Virus record (IMG/VR): IMGVR_UViG_3300010366_000055 | Coordinates: 1-27,364 of that record | Source: a virus | Taxonomy: Duplodnaviria > Caudoviricetes | Reading direction: 5' to 3' (one strand) | Length of the DNA: 27,364 nt | Part shown: positions 23,348 through 27,364 of the stretch, one piece after another | Layout: each line of letters starts with the position of its first letter | How positions within the stretch are numbered: the first letter of the stretch is position 1 | Position numbers and translations under genes: made by a program | Notes under the pieces: generated by a model | Seen by the model: only the letters and a program-made list of their open reading frames with translations | Databases searched by the model: none | What the model was told of the DNA's origin: nothing

Positions 23348-23590
23348 CTAGCGCTTCTCCTCCGCCTTCGCCGGCCGCTTGGCCGCCGCCGGCTTGCCCG
23401 CAGCGGTGATCTGCTTGCGGATCTCCTTGATCGCCTCGTCGGCGGCTTCCAGCTCGTCTGGGTGCGACTTCATCTCCTCCAGGGCGGCCTTGCGGTTGAG
23501 CGCGCCCTCGAGCTCGCGGGCGAGATCGTCCTTGTAGCGCTCGTAGTGCCATTCGCTGACGAAGCCGTCCGGCAGCTTGGCCTTTGCCAC
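23348..23590 (-). CDS. Small hypothetical protein after the major capsid gene
   Basis: GTG 23590 after AAAGGAG; charged helical protein. Confidence 0.7.
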   Translation of the reverse strand: MAKAKLPDGFVSEWHYERYKDDLARELEGALNRKAALEEMKSHPDELEAADEAIKEIRKQITAAGKPAAAKRPAKAEEKR

Positions 23591-23612
23591 TGTCTTCACT
23601 CCTTTCTCGTCT

Positions 23613-23660
23613 CTTGCCGGAGGGCGGGCGCTGCGGAAGACCCACCCGCCCCCCGGCAAG
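23613..23660 (-). terminator. Strong hairpin downstream of the major capsid gene (terminator or mRNA stabiliser)
   Basis: CTTGCCGGGGGGCGGG pairs with CCCGCCCTCCGGCAAG (one G-U in the minus-strand RNA); no U tract. Confidence 0.55.
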
Positions 23661-23670
23661 CTCCCCGGGC

Positions 23671-25053
23671 TTAGAAGGTCGGCGGAACCAGGCCCGCTCC
23701 GCTGACGATTCCGCTCGCCGCTGGATATCGGCCGGCCGTGAACGCCGCGTAGCCGTACACGACCAACTGGACCTGCAGGCTGGTGCCCGCCTGCTGCTCG
23801 AAGGAGAGTGTGACCGGGTCGGAGTCACGCTCGAACAGGTGCACCACCTGCGAGCACTCCACGATGATCCTGTCCTCGTTCGTGCCCGCGCCCAGGTTGG
23901 TGGGGATGTTGGCGTCGGTGTACACGTTCAAGCCCATCATGTTCCCGACCAGCCCGTACTGGGAGGCGTCCCCGGTGCCGATCGTGTTCACGCCCGCCCC
24001 GGTGATCGGAAGCAGCGGCCGGTTCTGCGTGTCCAGCGCGGCCGTGAACCAGCCCCAGCGGCGCGGGTGCATGAACACCTTGTCCGGCACGTACCCCAGC
24101 CCGCCGAAGGCGGTGTTGATCTGCTGGGTGACGTCGGCGATCTTCGGCCACACGCCCTGGATGGTGGCCGTGGACGCCGTGGAGGTGGCCACGCCCGCCG
24201 TGTTCAGCACACCGCGCAGGTTGGGCGCCGTGCCCGAGCCGTTGATGCACTGCGTATCGAGCGCCGCCCAGTAGCGCGCGATCAGATCCTCGAACAGGAT
24301 CTGGTCGGAGTAGGCGGCCCTGTCGAGCGTCTGCCGCGACACCGGCGAGTAGCCGGCGATTGTGGTCAGCGTGAGCGTGAGGTCGGCCTCGGTCGGGTCC
24401 TGCGTGGTCACGGCCGTGTTCTCCGACGACTGCACGCCCGCAGCCGTGCCCTGCGTCAGGCGCGGCACCACGATGGACATGCCCACGTCCGGCAGCGGCT
24501 GCCGGTTGGCCTGGTCGGCGTACACGCGCCCGTTCCTTGATGCCTTCGCGTACAGGTCGACCAGGTACTGCGGCGGCACGATGCCGCCCAGGGTGGCGGT
24601 CGCCACCGCCCGCTGCTCGGCCATGAAGCGCTGATGCTTGTTGATCCGCTCCATGGAGGAGGGGTCGTTCTTGGTCTGGGCGGCGTACAGATCGGCGAAG
24701 AACGAGCGTCCGCCGCGCTCGTACAGGTCCGGCTCGGAGATGCGGCCGATGCCCTTGCTCGTGCCCGGCAGCGGCAGCTTCTCGAAGTCGGCCCGCGCCC
24801 GCTCACGCGAGTCCTTGCCGTACGCGCGCTCCTTCAGCTCCTGCGCCTCGGCCGCCTTGAGCGCGAAGTCCTCGCGCAGCTCCACGATCTTGGCCCGCAT
24901 GTCCGGGTCGTCGTCCGAGGCCGCCTCGTAGCGGGAGATGAGTCCGTCGATGTGCGCCAGCTGCTCGCTGGCCTGGTTGTACTCCTCGCGCAACTGCACG
25001 AAGCTCTTGGCTTCGGCCGCCGGCGAGTCGCCCACGTCACTGTCTGCAGGCAT
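23671..25053 (-). CDS. Major capsid protein (HK97 fold) with N-terminal coiled-coil delta domain
   Basis: GGIVPPQY, TIAGYSPVSRQTLDR, INGSGT, VFMHPRRW, GLNVYTDANIP; follows the protease. Confidence 0.93.
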   Translation of the reverse strand: MPADSDVGDSPAAEAKSFVQLREEYNQASEQLAHIDGLISRYEAASDDDPDMRAKIVELREDFALKAAEAQELKERAYGKDSRERARADFEKLPLPGTSKGIGRISEPDLYERGGRSFFADLYAAQTKNDPSSMERINKHQRFMAEQRAVATATLGGIVPPQYLVDLYAKASRNGRVYADQANRQPLPDVGMSIVVPRLTQGTAAGVQSSENTAVTTQDPTEADLTLTLTTIAGYSPVSRQTLDRAAYSDQILFEDLIARYWAALDTQCINGSGTAPNLRGVLNTAGVATSTASTATIQGVWPKIADVTQQINTAFGGLGYVPDKVFMHPRRWGWFTAALDTQNRPLLPITGAGVNTIGTGDASQYGLVGNMMGLNVYTDANIPTNLGAGTNEDRIIVECSQVVHLFERDSDPVTLSFEQQAGTSLQVQLVVYGYAAFTAGRYPAASGIVSGAGLVPPTF

Positions 25054-26350
25054 TGAGCTTGCTCCTTTCCGTCTCGAGTTGCTTCAGGAACGCCGAGCGA
25101 CGCTTGGCGTTCCACTCCTCGCCACCGCCGCCCCCTGGCGCCGTCTCCGGCCTCGGGCTGACAGCGGACACGCCCCCTGACGAGGCCTCGGCCTCCTCGG
25201 GCTGACGCGGACGGCCTCCCTCGTGCTCGAGCTCGCCGGCCGTCACCAGCGAGCCCGACACCTCGGGCTGACCGAGCGCCCGTGCATACGAGCGCAAACC
25301 TGAAACCGTCTGCGGGTAGGCGCCCTGCGCCACCGCGCACACGTCGTACAGATGGCCCACGCGCCGGATGAGGCGATGATCGCGCGCGGGCGAGTCCTTG
25401 CCTGCCTCGGTGTACTCGAACTCGTCCTCGGCCACCGTGAAGGCGAACGAGGCCTGTCTGAGCACGCCGTCGCGCATCTTCACCGCCATCGCCACCCCGT
25501 CGGGGTCGTCGCGCGACACCTTGGCCAGGAAGCGCAGCCCGTACTCGTCGCTGGACAGGCGCAGCGAGCCCGGCTGCGAGCCGGGCACGTCGGTGGCGGC
25601 CACGGCGCGGTTCATGTCGTGGCCGAAGTTGAAGTGAACGACGCCGCCCGGCTCGGCCAGGCGCTGCTCGGTGAGCAGGTCGTCGAAAGCGTGCCGATCG
25701 ACCTCCTCGGTCACCTGCAGGAAGCGCGAGTCGAGCAGGGTGGTGGCCTGGTTGTACACGGCCGCGTACCCGGACATCGTGTAGCAGTCGTCGCCGGTGC
25801 CCGAGGGGTCGCGCACGTCCACGTGCGTCAGCGGCGTAACCGCATAGCGCAACTCGGATGGCCGCGCAGCGCCAGCGACCACGTCCGGCTTGTCCATCTT
25901 CAACTTGGCGTAGCAGCGGGACAGGCGCTTGCGCGCCGCCTCCTTGCACGCCGCGCCGGCGCTGACCGCGCCCAGGCGCTGCGCGGCCGCGGCCACGCCG
26001 CCCTTGTCCGGGTTCTGCGACCACGAGGAGCCGGGATTGGCCACCGGCAGCGAGTAGCGCGCCTTGGCGGTCATCTTGGAGGCGTCCATGCAGTCGGCGC
26101 GGTCGAGCACGCACGCCTTGGCGTACTCGCTGTCGGAGTAGCGCGAGGCGCTGCCGTCCCAGCGCGTCTCGCCGGCGGATGCCGACGAGCTCTCCACGTC
26201 CTCCGAGCCCGCCAGCTCGTAGCCACACTGGTCGCAATAGCGGGCGTGGGGGTCGTTCATCTTCCCGCACTGGGGGCACTCGATGGTCTCGTCCGGGTCC
26301 GGCTGGTAGGGCGCGGGCTGATAACCCTGGCGGGTGTCGGTTAGCTCCAT
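25037..26350 (-). CDS. Prohead (capsid maturation) protease, HK97 family, with N-terminal extra domains
   Basis: SGYAAVYN, FNFGHD, L.L..DEYGL, QASFAFTV, LYDVCAV..GAYPQT. Confidence 0.88.
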   Translation of the reverse strand: MELTDTRQGYQPAPYQPDPDETIECPQCGKMNDPHARYCDQCGYELAGSEDVESSSASAGETRWDGSASRYSDSEYAKACVLDRADCMDASKMTAKARYSLPVANPGSSWSQNPDKGGVAAAAQRLGAVSAGAACKEAARKRLSRCYAKLKMDKPDVVAGAARPSELRYAVTPLTHVDVRDPSGTGDDCYTMSGYAAVYNQATTLLDSRFLQVTEEVDRHAFDDLLTEQRLAEPGGVVHFNFGHDMNRAVAATDVPGSQPGSLRLSSDEYGLRFLAKVSRDDPDGVAMAVKMRDGVLRQASFAFTVAEDEFEYTEAGKDSPARDHRLIRRVGHLYDVCAVAQGAYPQTVSGLRSYARALGQPEVSGSLVTAGELEHEGGRPRQPEEAEASSGGVSAVSPRPETAPGGGGGEEWNAKRRSAFLKQLETERSKLNACRQ

Positions 26351-26359
26351 GTCTCCTCC

Positions 26360-27364
26360 TTACTGCTCGCTCGAGGCGCCGTTCGCGCCCACCGGGACAG
26401 GCGGCGGCGGCGTCGTCATCGGATTGGGCGCTCCGCCCACGGGCGTCACCTGCGGCACGTCGCCTTCGGGGCCAAGGTCGTCCAGGCCGCGCACCGCGCG
26501 CGCCTCGTTGGGCGTGAGGATGCCCGCCTGCACCAGCTTGACCAGCACCTCCGCCTCGGTCTGCACGTCGCCGCGCACGAACATGTCCGTGTCGAAGCGC
26601 GGGTAGGTCTGCGCGCCGCCGAACAATTGCTCGTCCGCCTCCAGCGCCGACTCGATGCGGTAGAGCTCGGGCCCCAGCCCGAAGCGCAGGAAGGCGTCCA
26701 CGTCCTGCTCCAGGTTGGGCACCGGGCGCGTCGTCTGGCGCAGCAGGTTCTCGGGCACGCCCATGATCATGGAGGCGTCCTTGACGGTCAGGTCGGCCAT
26801 CTCCACGTAGGCGGCATCGACGGCGGTCATGCCGATCGGCTTGATGTCGGGGCCGCCGCCGAGCACGACCGTGGTCTCACCGCCGGCGCCCTCGTAGGCG
26901 GAGCGGTACAGCTCCTTCCACTGGTCGGCCTGCTCCATGTTGACGCCGGGGGGAAAGAGGATCGCCTGCTGCACGGTCGTGCCCCGGCGCCACATCTTGT
27001 TCTCGTGTGCCATGCGCCCCACCGGCGCGGACACGGCGGCGCGATACAGCTCGATCAGGGTAGGGGCCAGTTTGAGCCCGCCGCCGCCATGCCCGCGAAT
27101 GTGCAGGATGGTGCCCTCCGGCGGCGTGTACTCGCCCCGGCCCTTACCCACGGGGTCGACGTAACCGCTCTCGACCACCACTTGCCAGCGCCCGCGCTTG
27201 TCCAGGCGGACCTGGTCGGGATGCAGGGCGTACCACTCCACCACCTGCCCGGTGAGCGGGTCGACGTTCTTCCAGATCCAGGCGTTGTTTCGCCACGCCA
27301 GCGACTCGCCCACCGCGTCCCAGAAACAGAAGCGCGTCTGCTGCCCGTTGGCCGGACCGGAGAA
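26360..27364 (-). CDS. Portal protein (HK97 family), 3' part
   Basis: LHPDQV, ILHIRG, VVLGGG.DIKPIG...DA.Y.E, GVP..LL, GILTPNEARA..GL. Confidence 0.93.
   Translation of the reverse strand, partial: FSGPANGQQTRFCFWDAVGESLAWRNNAWIWKNVDPLTGQVVEWYALHPDQVRLDKRGRWQVVVESGYVDPVGKGRGEYTPPEGTILHIRGHGGGGLKLAPTLIELYRAAVSAPVGRMAHENKMWRRGTTVQQAILFPPGVNMEQADQWKELYRSAYEGAGGETTVVLGGGPDIKPIGMTAVDAAYVEMADLTVKDASMIMGVPENLLRQTTRPVPNLEQDVDAFLRFGLGPELYRIESALEADEQLFGGAQTYPRFDTDMFVRGDVQTEAEVLVKLVQAGILTPNEARAVRGLDDLGPEGDVPQVTPVGGAPNPMTTPPPPVPVGANGASSEQ
27242..27364. repeat. Terminal direct repeat, copy 2
   Basis: Identical to 1-123. Confidence 0.97.

Noticed and set aside
1-27364. CRISPR array, tRNA or other structured RNA gene
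   Set aside because: No regularly spaced repeats or cloverleaf seen and intergenic gaps are very short; a covariance-model scan was not possible

Overview
The window looks like a complete, circularly assembled GC-rich tailed phage genome (siphovirus type, HK97-like head). Bases 1-123 repeat exactly at 27242-27364, giving a unit length of 27,241 bp with the break inside the portal gene. Nearly all genes are on the minus strand. The early arm runs from a divergent HTH/HTH switch (~10.8 kb) through HNH-NUMOD3, secreted RlpA-like protein, ERF recombinase, PD-(D/E)xK nuclease, Dam-type MTase, HNH, SNF2 helicase, N4/N6 MTase, HNH and a replication initiator with a C2H2 finger. The late arm runs from a candidate promoter (~3.19 kb) through HNH, TerL, a glycosyltransferase-like gene, portal, protease, capsid, neck, two tandem tail-tube paralogues, chaperones, tape measure, a His-rich minor tail protein, a repeat-rich fibre and a complex lysis cassette with two muralytic enzymes and a collagen-like protein. 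I could not recognise an integrase, parA, small terminase or tRNA. An apparent deletion scar lies right after the repressor. An actinobacterial host (possibly Thermoleophilia) is an inference from GC content and gene styles only. All product calls come from motif recognition by eye, not database searches.
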